Below, in pieces: positions 42,601 to 55,369 of a DNA stretch of 64,000 nucleotides. Made by a program: the position numbers and the translations under genes. Under the pieces are notes generated by a model. That model did no database searches. It was not told the origin of the DNA and saw only the letters and a program-made list of their open reading frames with translations. The stretch lies in assembly GCA_035638115.1 (NCBI GenBank), contig DASRAN010000007.1, positions 5,215 through 69,214 of the forward strand. Direction: 5' to 3'. The DNA is from Patescibacteria group bacterium. GTDB lineage: Bacteria > Acidobacteriota > Polarisedimenticolia > Gp22-AA2. Each line of letters begins with the position of its first letter. Positions within the stretch are counted from its first letter, which is position 1.

Positions 42601-44755
42601 AGTTGGATAATGCCAGCTCGCAGTATGCTCGGGAAATAAGAAGAGAGACCTGCGTATCGGGCGGAACGTCATCGCTAATCGCCACCCGAGTGAGTACGTC
42701 GCGACACTCGTGATAGCGCCCAGACTTGAACAGTGCAACAGCCAGTAACGCGGACAGTTGGGCCGAGTCAGAAGTCCCGTGTGCACTTGATGCTAGGGCA
42801 TTATGAAGGGGAGATATGGCGTGATGATAGTTGCCATGCTCCACAAAGGCGCGTCCCGCAAGACCATAACAACGGACAGATGATCCGTGGTTCCCAGCAG
42901 CGGCATGATGGTGACCAGCATATCCAAGATCGTGAGGGGTAGTTGCCCGAGCCTCGTAGAAGTCTGCAAGTCGTTGATGGAGGATTGCATGATGCGCAGT
43001 GTCCGGAGAATCGTTTAGGGACACGCGAAGGGAGTTGCTAGGCACGGAAAAGCAGTCGGGGTGATCGTCGTCGCTGGGTGTTACAAGAGCAAGCATAACT
43101 AGCCTGGAGATAACACCCTGGATGTCGTCATCTGAACGTCCCAGAAGAAGTGCGATGGTATGCGATGTCAAGGGAGCCGTAGAGATGCCTACAAGCCGTA
43201 ACACGTCAGTGTCCGAGGACGGTAGACTGTCGAGCAGAGGACCAGAAACGGTTCGGGCTATCTCCTTCTGAAGTCCAGAGCGGAGATGCGGTGAGTAACT
43301 GAGTACCCCCTGCTCGTAGGAAACTATTCCCCGAACTGAGTACTCACTCAGTAGAGCATCATTTATGAATGGGTGTCCACCAGAGTCAGTGTCAAGGTCG
43401 GAGACTAGATTGCTAGGTGCAACTGGGATACCTAGAGATTCTGCAACAGATGTGGCTAGCGTGTGTCGTGGAGAGCGGCCTATCGCGAGCATGTCGGGAA
43501 GTGCATGAGCAGCTAGTGAGTTGGAACGGTGCTCTCGCATCAGGCAGGTGATGGGAGGGCAGACCAAGATAATGGCAGTTGGAGGAAAGTGTGAGTTGCG
43601 AAGGCGAGCGATAAAGGGATGAGCGCGCTCGTATTCAGAATGAGGCAAGTTTAGCGAGAGGATCCATGGTCTCCAGGCCATTGCCTCGGGTGAGCGAGCG
43701 AGCAGGGCGAGGTCCTTCAAGGAATGTGTAATGCGAATTGCATAACCATTGCGGAAAAGGCGCAATAAGAGATATCGGGCGAGAGCCTCCAAGGTTGGTG
43801 AGGGGATCGCGTAGAAATAGAAAAGTAGTGGACGAATGACCGACTCAGTGCTGGACTTAACTATTGACTCGCAGATCCGTTGTACTTCCGGCTCGAAGTG
43901 CGTTAGGGAAGGTGATACATGCTTCGTCCCGGAGGTCGTACAGTGTCGCACTGTGTCGCTCGTTGACAAAGTCTTTAGCTTTTCGGAAACGTCGAGCGCG
44001 GAGAGCGGCCTATCGGCCGGGTTTGGTGAGAGGAGGGTGGAACAAAGTGAGCGAACCGCTCGTTCGAAGTGCTGTTCGCCAAGTGAGCTACTGTCGCGAT
44101 TATCGCTGTGCACGCCACGTTGTCCCAACAAGCACTCGGAAATGATCTTGCCGAGAGAATAGAGATCGGATGTGTAGGTGGTCCGTCCCTCGTTCATAGT
44201 TTCGGGGGCAGCATAATGCGGCGTAAACACTATAGCGTCTCGTAGAGTGCTCTCTACGTGCCTATGAGACGCTCCGAAGTCAATGACCTTAGGGATTGCA
44301 GGCGTGAGGGTAGAAGAATTCTGGGGGAGCAGGATGTGGGCGCTTTTTAAGTCTCCGTGGATGAACCCGCGGCGATGGAAGTAATCTAGGAAGCCACAGA
44401 CATTTGCTAGTTGCAGGAGAAGTAGATCGCGGGATGCGGTGCAGGCGAATGCTGCGATGTCGACGCCACGTATATGTTCGAGTACGAGGAAAGGCATTCT
44501 TGCGTGAGTTGTGTGACCAAAGTCCAGCAGTCTCGGAACGAATGGGTGATCGTTGAAGACGGTCAGAACCTCGATCTCTGCGCTGAACTGTCGTAATGCG
44601 GTGAGGGATCGATAGGAGTCAGTAGATGTATTGTATCGCTTGATAATGCGTGCTGTTCCGTCGACCGAACGAATGGCTTCCAAGATCGAACTGGACGACC
44701 CCTCTGCGAGGTTGGAAACAATATCGTAACCAGGGAATTCTGGAAGCTGATTCAT
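39629..44755 (-). CDS. Low-GC giant sigma54 EBP: diverged Ser/Thr kinase - degenerate NTPase - TPR - GAF - AAA+ - HTH
   Basis: 1708-aa open frame; HGDLKSAH/DFG/APE kinase remnants, TPR-like repeats, GAF (SILCVPM...GVIYLD), GESGTGKG, GAFTGA, WPGNVRELEH, GDKTKAARFIGWNRQKLYRR. Confidence 0.9.
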   Translation of the reverse strand: MNQLPEFPGYDIVSNLAEGSSSSILEAIRSVDGTARIIKRYNTSTDSYRSLTALRQFSAEIEVLTVFNDHPFVPRLLDFGHTTHARMPFLVLEHIRGVDIAAFACTASRDLLLLQLANVCGFLDYFHRRGFIHGDLKSAHILLPQNSSTLTPAIPKVIDFGASHRHVESTLRDAIVFTPHYAAPETMNEGRTTYTSDLYSLGKIISECLLGQRGVHSDNRDSSSLGEQHFERAVRSLCSTLLSPNPADRPLSALDVSEKLKTLSTSDTVRHCTTSGTKHVSPSLTHFEPEVQRICESIVKSSTESVIRPLLFYFYAIPSPTLEALARYLLLRLFRNGYAIRITHSLKDLALLARSPEAMAWRPWILSLNLPHSEYERAHPFIARLRNSHFPPTAIILVCPPITCLMREHRSNSLAAHALPDMLAIGRSPRHTLATSVAESLGIPVAPSNLVSDLDTDSGGHPFINDALLSEYSVRGIVSYEQGVLSYSPHLRSGLQKEIARTVSGPLLDSLPSSDTDVLRLVGISTAPLTSHTIALLLGRSDDDIQGVISRLVMLALVTPSDDDHPDCFSVPSNSLRVSLNDSPDTAHHAILHQRLADFYEARATTPHDLGYAGHHHAAAGNHGSSVRCYGLAGRAFVEHGNYHHAISPLHNALASSAHGTSDSAQLSALLAVALFKSGRYHECRDVLTRVAISDDVPPDTQVSLLISRAYCELALSNYALGILQARRALRLCRINGYSGRAVQALAIIGDGLCWLERRDRGRRVLFRSLAAARRTHELSYAVDALRAIASAHWREGTYRLALKYEQRRARLLKQSGNWQAFATAVLNTGILLSDVGRYSAARDQYRTARSLSRELSLAHLRWTVFVNAGETFRAQGALKPAIRLNAIAAAEFRRSGDQHHALIAHLNQAQVLVRGGYPGSALSLLSRLGARTELHNIPSLTILYLTTWAYSLVAVGAYTLAKRVITKAIRLALEMRFHQSLLELHRLHAINESGLGLSSEAIERLKTAISTYRAPAPYDIWIQAETTLTLLSVEMGVDLPQHMAQLARVQRLAQRVGLRSVHSECLLIRASLLLSVGQPRDAIACALDALSIAHETRNRDVTWQSLALLATLHERTLSLSRALWYLRRATNVLREVSQDISDSRFRRSFLSTPHVSLVLAHYRELAREYGRRSRFNTATLRRSEMISRKMLAALSEIGQKLASTRDLDALLGRILDLAIDSIRAERGIMFLKSSTDGQMRVSCARGIGNTDLEDLTTFSRSVLRRAEQGLIVFSTDVGQDPSLASVHSIIVREIRSILCVPMKSRDEVLGVIYLDTRSNAQKFTDKDRTFVESFASQAAIAIANARVFGQMREENSRLRRQAASRFPELIGTSVVMRRLHETIAGVLDLNSTILITGESGTGKGLIARAIHANGARRQGPFLTVDCGALPEGLLEVELFGCRRGAFTGADRDRVGLLEEASGGTLFLDEIANTSINLQSRLLRVLQEREIRRLGENQTRRVNVRVIAATNADLSSLIAQGRFRQDLFYRLNVIGIVAPTLRERREDIPLLVAEFLSRQAHANTPPRELGPGVLEALLSYSWPGNVRELEHLIESLMVVNPREVITIADLPDTLPSLAGSADSGRPGLVCSRPEVIGSHEGLDSIGGVRDVRGRVNAQKTGEQIMIEDALRRFRGDKTKAARFIGWNRQKLYRRIRSFAIPTDFGKAA

Positions 44756-44764
44756 CAGGACTCG

Positions 44765-44792
44765 AATGTAGAGTTTGTGCGAGTCCGGTCAA
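44765..44792 (-). promoter_or_regulatory. Sigma70-like promoter for the low-GC EBP
   Basis: TTGACC-N16-TACATT, 9 nt before the ATG, no obvious RBS. Confidence 0.45.
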
Positions 44793-44822
44793 GAAAAGGA
44801 AAGGGGGCCCGTTAGGGCCCCC
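44793..44822 (-). terminator. Intrinsic terminator after the peptide gene
   Basis: GGGGGCCC-TAAC-GGGCCCCC followed by TTTCCTTTT. Confidence 0.8.
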
Positions 44823-44849
44823 GAAATTAATCCGTATCACTTTCTTTTG

Positions 44850-45122
44850 TTAGCAGCCGCCCAGGCCACATCGACCGCCGCCACCCCAGGTTGCAGTGTC
44901 AGCAGAAACCGTTCCACCAGTCGAGCGCGGGGACACCGTAGTGCCGCCCTGGACCGGGGCGCTGGAACCGAAGCCCAGGAACTGCATGAGGACCTGGAGG
45001 AAGCCGAAGTGCGTTCCAGTCGCGACCGGGTTCGAGTGGGGGGCGGCGATTGCAGCCGTCGGACCGAACGCCACCACCGCGAGAATCATCAGCACCGCTG
45101 CACTCTTCAGCATCTTGCTCAT
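44850..45122 (-). CDS. 90-aa secreted peptide precursor (signal peptide; C-terminal TATWGGGGRCGLGGC)
   Basis: AGGGGAGG RBS; Sec-type signal with AIA cleavage motif; dedicated sigma54 promoter and terminator. Confidence 0.8.
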   Translation of the reverse strand: MSKMLKSAAVLMILAVVAFGPTAAIAAPHSNPVATGTHFGFLQVLMQFLGFGSSAPVQGGTTVSPRSTGGTVSADTATWGGGGRCGLGGC

Positions 45123-45187
45123 CGCCCTACCTCCCCTTTTGGCTTCTCAGCCCGGTTATCATTTCGTCGTACTCGGGCGACCCTTAG

Positions 45188-45204
45188 AGCAACGACGATG
45201 CCAA
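45188..45204 (-). promoter_or_regulatory. Sigma54 (-24/-12) promoter of the peptide gene
   Basis: Minus strand TTGGCATCGTCGTTGCT matches TGGCAC-N5-TTGCW with correct GG-N10-GC spacing. Confidence 0.82.
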
Positions 45205-45213
45205 ATTCGTGAC

Positions 45214-45469
45214 TGTCTCGTGCCGCGTCGCGTATCCATAAGAAATGGCGTGAGATGTTGTCTTACGAAACTGTACCGAAAGGTACGGTACACCCTGCCC
45301 GGAACACGATTTAGTAAGTAGTTCACCCTAGGGACTTCTATCTATCAGCATTTACAGCAAGATACGGATGGTCTCGCGAGACGCCGATGAGACTGTTCAG
45401 TTATCGCTGTTATCGGGCTGTGTTTGCTTGAGATACGGCATTGGTCGTCTCAGGTCTTTGAAGTGAGAC
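45214..45469. promoter_or_regulatory. Candidate enhancer sites (TGAGA[C/T] / GTCTC[A/G] repeats) in an AT-richer intergenic region
   Basis: TGAGAT-gtt-GTCTTA 45251-45265; GTCTC-GC-GAGAC 45371-45382; TGAGAC 45388; TGAGAT 45429-N12-GTCTCA 45447-N11-TGAGAC 45464. Confidence 0.55.
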
Positions 45470-45505
45470 TGCGGGATCGAGCCAAAAGCCGGCCTGTGGG
45501 GGCGC

Positions 45506-50752
<5,247 letters not shown>

Positions 50753-50820
50753 GGCCCCAGCCCTCAAGAACTTGCCGGGAAAGTACTCCGGTTCGCGCCC
50801 CCCCGCAAGGGCATACCCGC

Positions 50821-50884
50821 GGCGGCCTGCAACCGGCGGCGGTCTGCAACCCGCGGTGGCCTGTCCCGCGGCGGCCTGCACCAG
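50821..50884. repeat. Four imperfect 15-17-bp tandem repeats GGCGGCCTGCA(A)CC upstream of the kinase-EBP
   Basis: Units at 50821, 50838, 50855 and 50870. Confidence 0.6.
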
Positions 50885-50901
50885 GACGGGCGGAGCGTCG
50901 G

Positions 50902-52296
50902 CTAGTTGACGGGGATGTCGCGCGGGCCGGGGGAGTGGAACTGGAGGTCGGACTCGGCCGCCCGGCCGCGGCGGGTCAGCTTGCGCTGCCGCATGCGGGC
51001 GTCGGCGATGGCGATCAGGTCCTCGCAGGTGCGGCCGTCGGCGGGGAAGGAGGCCGATCCGAGGGTGACGTCGACGGCGATGGCGGTGTTGCGCGCCACC
51101 GCGAACTTGTGCCGCAGGACGCCCTGCTCGAGCCGGGTCGCGACCGCGTCGATCCGATCGGCCGCCACCCCGGTGAGGATCAGCAGGAACTGATCGCCGG
51201 CGTAGCGCACGCAGGTGTCGCCCGGCCGCATCTGGCCGCGGATGGCGCGCGCCAGGCCGCGCAGCACGCGGTCGCCCGCCTGCCGTCCGTAGCGCTCGTT
51301 GATCTCCCCGAAACCGTCGACGTCCAGCTCGATCAGGCTCAGGGTGGACTTCTGCTGCGCCGCGCGGCGCAGCTCCTGCTCGAAGCTGCTGAACAACTGG
51401 CTCGCCGCCGGCAGCCGCGTCAGCGGGTCGGATGCCGGGGAGGTGGCGTCCGCGCCCGGCGCCGCCGCTGCGCCGTCCTCCTGCGCCCCGTCGAGACGCT
51501 GCGCCGTGGTGATCAGCAGGCGCACCACCTCCGGGTCGCAGGTGGTGCCGGCCTCGTCGCGCAGATCGGCCAGGGCCTGCGAGGGGACGGCCGGCGTCCC
51601 TCCGGCGGGACCGGCCAAAAGCGACTCGTAGCGCTCCACGGCGCCGAGCACGCGCGCGGCGGCGGGGATCGCCTCGCCGCGCAGGCCGTCGGGTCCGCCG
51701 GTGCCGTCGAACTTCTCGTAACGCGAGCGGATGACGCGCGCCAGCGGCGCGGGCAGCCGCGACCGCTCGATCTGCTCCGCGTCGAGACCACGCAGCAGGA
51801 CGGCGGCGCGCACGACCGCGACGTCGGCGGGCGGCAGGCCGATCGCCATCGCGACTTCGGTGGCCATCGACTGGACCCGTCGCACGCGCCGCGCGGCCGC
51901 GTCGTTGACCGGATCGGCCGCGAACACCAGCGCGCCGATGATCGACTGGCTGGTCTCGACGATCTCGTCCCGGTGCCGGAGGCTCGATTGCGACGTCGAT
52001 CGGTCCTGCCGCAGCGTCAGCAGCAGGACGATGCCCGCGGTCAGCGCGCTCGCGGCGAGCGCGACACCCGCGGTGCTCAGCGTGAGCGGCGGCCATTCGG
52101 GACGATGGGGGAGCAGCAGGACGACCGCCGGCAGCAGGAACCCCGCGGCGACGGTCAGGGCGATCATCAGGCGGATGCTGCGGCTCAAGGTCGCGATCGC
52201 CTCCACGATGGCGGTGCGAGGGCGCCCCTCATCCCCCCGGCCGGAGCGCGCCCCGCACCCACCCAGAAGATCGGGCGCGGCGGGCGGCCGGTCCAT
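50902..52296 (-). CDS. Membrane-anchored degenerate HD-GYP + GGDEF protein
   Basis: Two TM helices; SRYEKFDGTGGPDGLRGEAIP (degenerate HD-GYP); DPLTRL, LDVDGFGEINERYG, RPGD I-site, AGDQF; start uncertain. Confidence 0.8.
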   Translation of the reverse strand: MDRPPAAPDLLGGCGARSGRGDEGRPRTAIVEAIATLSRSIRLMIALTVAAGFLLPAVVLLLPHRPEWPPLTLSTAGVALAASALTAGIVLLLTLRQDRSTSQSSLRHRDEIVETSQSIIGALVFAADPVNDAAARRVRRVQSMATEVAMAIGLPPADVAVVRAAVLLRGLDAEQIERSRLPAPLARVIRSRYEKFDGTGGPDGLRGEAIPAAARVLGAVERYESLLAGPAGGTPAVPSQALADLRDEAGTTCDPEVVRLLITTAQRLDGAQEDGAAAAPGADATSPASDPLTRLPAASQLFSSFEQELRRAAQQKSTLSLIELDVDGFGEINERYGRQAGDRVLRGLARAIRGQMRPGDTCVRYAGDQFLLILTGVAADRIDAVATRLEQGVLRHKFAVARNTAIAVDVTLGSASFPADGRTCEDLIAIADARMRQRKLTRRGRAAESDLQFHSPGPRDIPVN

Positions 52297-52414
52297 TTCA
52301 CTTTCGAAATCGGGACACACCGCGGAGCGGGAGCGGGCGGCGGCCTCCCGCGGGACCTGGAGAATCCGTGTGCTAGCATCGCCGGGAGAGATTTCCAGCC
52401 GTCGGGATGCCCTG

Positions 52415-55369
52415 ATGACACGACCGAAGAAGAAACCATCCTCGCGCGTCGCTCCCGACTCCACGAGAACCACTCCCGCTCCTCCTGCGCCGCCCGCGGG
52501 CGGCGCGCGCCGCCCGTTCCGCCGAATCGCCATCGCGGTCGCGCTGCTGATCGCCGCGGTCCTGGCCTGGGCGTCGGTGCGGCGGGTCGGTCCCGCCGAA
52601 CGCGCCTATCGCGTCGGCCGGGGCGGCGGGGCCGTCACCCGGCTCGCGCCGGGCCTGCGGGTCGTCGTTCCCGGGATCGCGAGGCTCGTCGTCGTCCCGC
52701 CCGATCCCCTGCAGCAGCAGGGGGAGGTGGCGCTGCGGACGCCCGAGGGCGCGGAGGTCAAGGTGTCGTGGGGGATCGTGGCCGCGATCCCCGACGCGGC
52801 TCTCGCCGCCCTGGTCGCCGACACCGGTGGGGGAGCCGATCCCGGCGCGGCCCTGCGTGGCGCCGCGCGCGAGGCGATCGAACGTTGGGGCGGCACGGCG
52901 TCGGTCGAGTCGATCGCCCTGGGCGAGGGGCGCGCCGGGGTCGAGAACGCCATCCGGACCCGGTTGACGACGCTGGGGTTCGAGACCCGTTCCGTGAGCC
53001 TGCGCTGGTCGAGCGGCACCGCCGAGGAGCGCGCCGCGCTCGCGGCCCGCGCCCTGGCAGCGCGCACCGTGGCCACCGGCGTGAAGGTCGCCATCATCGG
53101 CCTCGACGGAGCCGACTGGGAGGTGATCGAGCCGCTGATCGCGCGCGGCCGGCTGCCGACCCTGGCCCGGCTGCGGGCGCGCGCCGCATGGGGCCCGATG
53201 AAGTCGATGGACCCGATGCTCTCTCCGATCCTCTGGACCACCGTCGCGACCGGGAAGCCGCCCGATCAGCACGGCATCATCGATTTCCTGGTGCGCGACG
53301 CGCGCACCGGCAAGCCCGAGCCGGTCTCGAGCCGCGCCCGGCGAGTGAAGGCGCTGTGGAACATCACCACCGACGCCGGTCGCAGCGCCGACGTCATCGC
53401 CTGGTGGGCGACCTGGCCCGCCGAGGAGATCCAGGGTCACCTGGTCTCCGATCGCGTCGCCTACAGCACCTTCTCGTTCACCGGCGATCTCCCCGACCAG
53501 ACCGGGGCGACCTGGCCCGCCGACGATTTCCAGAAGCTGCGGCCCCTCCTGGTCGACGCCGCGAAGATCCGCGACGCCGAGCTGCGACGGTTCGCCGACG
53601 CCACGCCGGAGGAGTTCCGCCGGCTCGCCACCATCGTCGCCAGCGAGCGCTCGTACCAGGCCGCGGCTCTCGACCTTCTCAAGCGCGGGCAGCCCGATCT
53701 CTTCGCCCTCTATTACCAGGGGATCGACGAGGTGTCGCACCGCTTCGCGCACTTCATGCCGCCCAAGATGGCGATGGTCACGCAGGCGGACTACGCGCGC
53801 TACCACGGCACCGTCGAGGCGTACTACGAATACCAGGACGCGCTGCTCGGCGAGATCCTCCCGAAGCTCGATCCGCAAACCGAGATCCTCGTGCTCTCGG
53901 ATCACGGCTTCCGCAACGGCGGCGGCCGGCCGCCGGACGACCCGCCGTACATCGAAGGGAAGCCCGGTCTCTGGCACCGGCGGTATGGCATCTTCATGAT
54001 GACGGGACCGGTCACCGTGCCCGGGCGTCTCGACACCACCTCGCTGCTGGACGTCGCGCCGACGGTTCTCTACCTCCTCGGACTGCCGCGCGCGGAGGAC
54101 ATGCCGGGCCGGGTCGTGCAGGAGGGGATCGACCCCGGGTTCCGGGCCCGCGTTCCCGGGCGGAGCATCGCCACCTACGAGGGGATCGGCCGCACCACGC
54201 GACCGGCCCAGGACCTGGTCGCCGACAGCCGCGTCGACGACGAGATGATCGCCAAGCTGAGAAGCCTCGGGTACGTCGGCGGCGAGGTTGCGACCGGGTC
54301 GGACGGCGGCGCGGGCGGTCCCTCCTCGGGCGCGGCCTCCTCGGGTACGGGCTCCTCGGGCCCGGCCTCCTCCTCCGCTCCCTCGGGGGGCGGCGAAGCG
54401 CTGGTGACGGCGCACGTCAACGAGGCGATGCTCGAGCTGAAGAACAAGAACTATCCGCGCGCCGAGGCCGCGGTCGCGGCGGCGCTCCAGATGTCGCCGA
54501 CCCTGGTGCCGGCGCTCATCCTCAAGGCGCAGATCGCCCGCGAGCAGAAGCAGTACGACCTCGCCATCGACACCGCCAGGAAGATTCTGGATCTCGATCC
54601 GGAAGGGGAGCGGCAGTCGTACAGCCAGATCGCCCTGGTCTATCTCGACGCCGGCCGGACGCAGGAGGGGATCGCCTTCCTGCGCGACATGGCCCGCGAT
54701 CATCCCAAGGTGGGCGAGATCCCCGCGGCGCTGGGGATGCTGCTCCTGAAGACCGGCGACAAGACGGGGGCCGAGGCGGAGCTCCTGAAGTCGCTGCACC
54801 TCGACCCGTCGCTCGGCGAGCCGCTCACCGAGCTGTACACGCTCTACAAGGACACCGACAAGATCTCCACGCTCGAGCCGATCGTCCGCCAGGGGCTGGC
54901 GATCAACGACCAGTCGGTCGTGCATCACAACTGGATGGGGCTCATCTATCAGTGGAACAAGAACCTGGGGAAGGCCGAGCAGGAGTTCAAGCGGGCGATG
55001 GAGATCGACCCGGACTACGCCGCGACGATGGCGAACCTGGGCGCGCTCTATGGCCGTTCAGGCCGGCTTCCGGAGGCGGTGGAGATCCTGAAGCGGGCGG
55101 TCGGCAAGGACGACAACAATCTCGAGGCCTGGATCAACCTCGGGGCGGCCGAAGGCCGGATGAATCATCCGAAAGAGGCGATCACGGCGCTCGAGACGGC
55201 GCGCCGGAAAGGGGCACGCAGCACCACGCTCTACAACGCGCTGGCGCTGGCCTACCTGCAGGATCATCAGAAGGAACGGGCGCTCGGCTACCTGAAGGAG
55301 TCGCTCGTCATCGACCCGAGCCAGAAGGACGCGAAAGAGCTTCTGGAGATGATGAGCCGATCGTCCTGA
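52415..55369 (+). CDS. Alkaline phosphatase/NPP superfamily protein with N-terminal SPFH-like segment and C-terminal TPRs
   Basis: TM anchor; IIGLDGADW, SPILWTTVATG, VLSDHGF, SLLDVAPTVLYLLG, LRSLGYV; multiple C-terminal TPRs. Confidence 0.85.
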   Translation: MTRPKKKPSSRVAPDSTRTTPAPPAPPAGGARRPFRRIAIAVALLIAAVLAWASVRRVGPAERAYRVGRGGGAVTRLAPGLRVVVPGIARLVVVPPDPLQQQGEVALRTPEGAEVKVSWGIVAAIPDAALAALVADTGGGADPGAALRGAAREAIERWGGTASVESIALGEGRAGVENAIRTRLTTLGFETRSVSLRWSSGTAEERAALAARALAARTVATGVKVAIIGLDGADWEVIEPLIARGRLPTLARLRARAAWGPMKSMDPMLSPILWTTVATGKPPDQHGIIDFLVRDARTGKPEPVSSRARRVKALWNITTDAGRSADVIAWWATWPAEEIQGHLVSDRVAYSTFSFTGDLPDQTGATWPADDFQKLRPLLVDAAKIRDAELRRFADATPEEFRRLATIVASERSYQAAALDLLKRGQPDLFALYYQGIDEVSHRFAHFMPPKMAMVTQADYARYHGTVEAYYEYQDALLGEILPKLDPQTEILVLSDHGFRNGGGRPPDDPPYIEGKPGLWHRRYGIFMMTGPVTVPGRLDTTSLLDVAPTVLYLLGLPRAEDMPGRVVQEGIDPGFRARVPGRSIATYEGIGRTTRPAQDLVADSRVDDEMIAKLRSLGYVGGEVATGSDGGAGGPSSGAASSGTGSSGPASSSAPSGGGEALVTAHVNEAMLELKNKNYPRAEAAVAAALQMSPTLVPALILKAQIAREQKQYDLAIDTARKILDLDPEGERQSYSQIALVYLDAGRTQEGIAFLRDMARDHPKVGEIPAALGMLLLKTGDKTGAEAELLKSLHLDPSLGEPLTELYTLYKDTDKISTLEPIVRQGLAINDQSVVHHNWMGLIYQWNKNLGKAEQEFKRAMEIDPDYAATMANLGALYGRSGRLPEAVEILKRAVGKDDNNLEAWINLGAAEGRMNHPKEAITALETARRKGARSTTLYNALALAYLQDHQKERALGYLKESLVIDPSQKDAKELLEMMSRSS

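Noticed and set aside
44850-45122. Peptide as a classical RiPP precursor
   Set aside because: No radical SAM, YcaO, LanM, P450 or peptidase-ABC exporter nearby, and it has a Sec-type signal rather than a RiPP leader; trans-acting modification is not excluded.
45340-45360. IHF site between the enhancers and the sigma54 promoter
   Set aside because: TATCAGCATTTA is one base short of the WATCAR-N4-TTR spacing, so it is only suggestive.
39600-45500. Low-GC block as a prophage, IS or integrative element
   Set aside because: No integrase, transposase, terminal inverted repeats, tRNA target or flanking direct repeats were seen; it is essentially one gene plus a peptide.
50753-52096. N-terminal 448-codon extension of the 2196-aa ORF
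   Set aside because: It overlaps the real HD-GYP/GGDEF gene in another frame and reads as Arg/Ala-rich shadow translation; homology begins at the kinase, next to an RBS-supported TTG.
54315-54380. 15-bp repeats GGCCTCCTCGGG in the phosphatase gene
   Set aside because: Simply encodes a Gly/Ser low-complexity linker.
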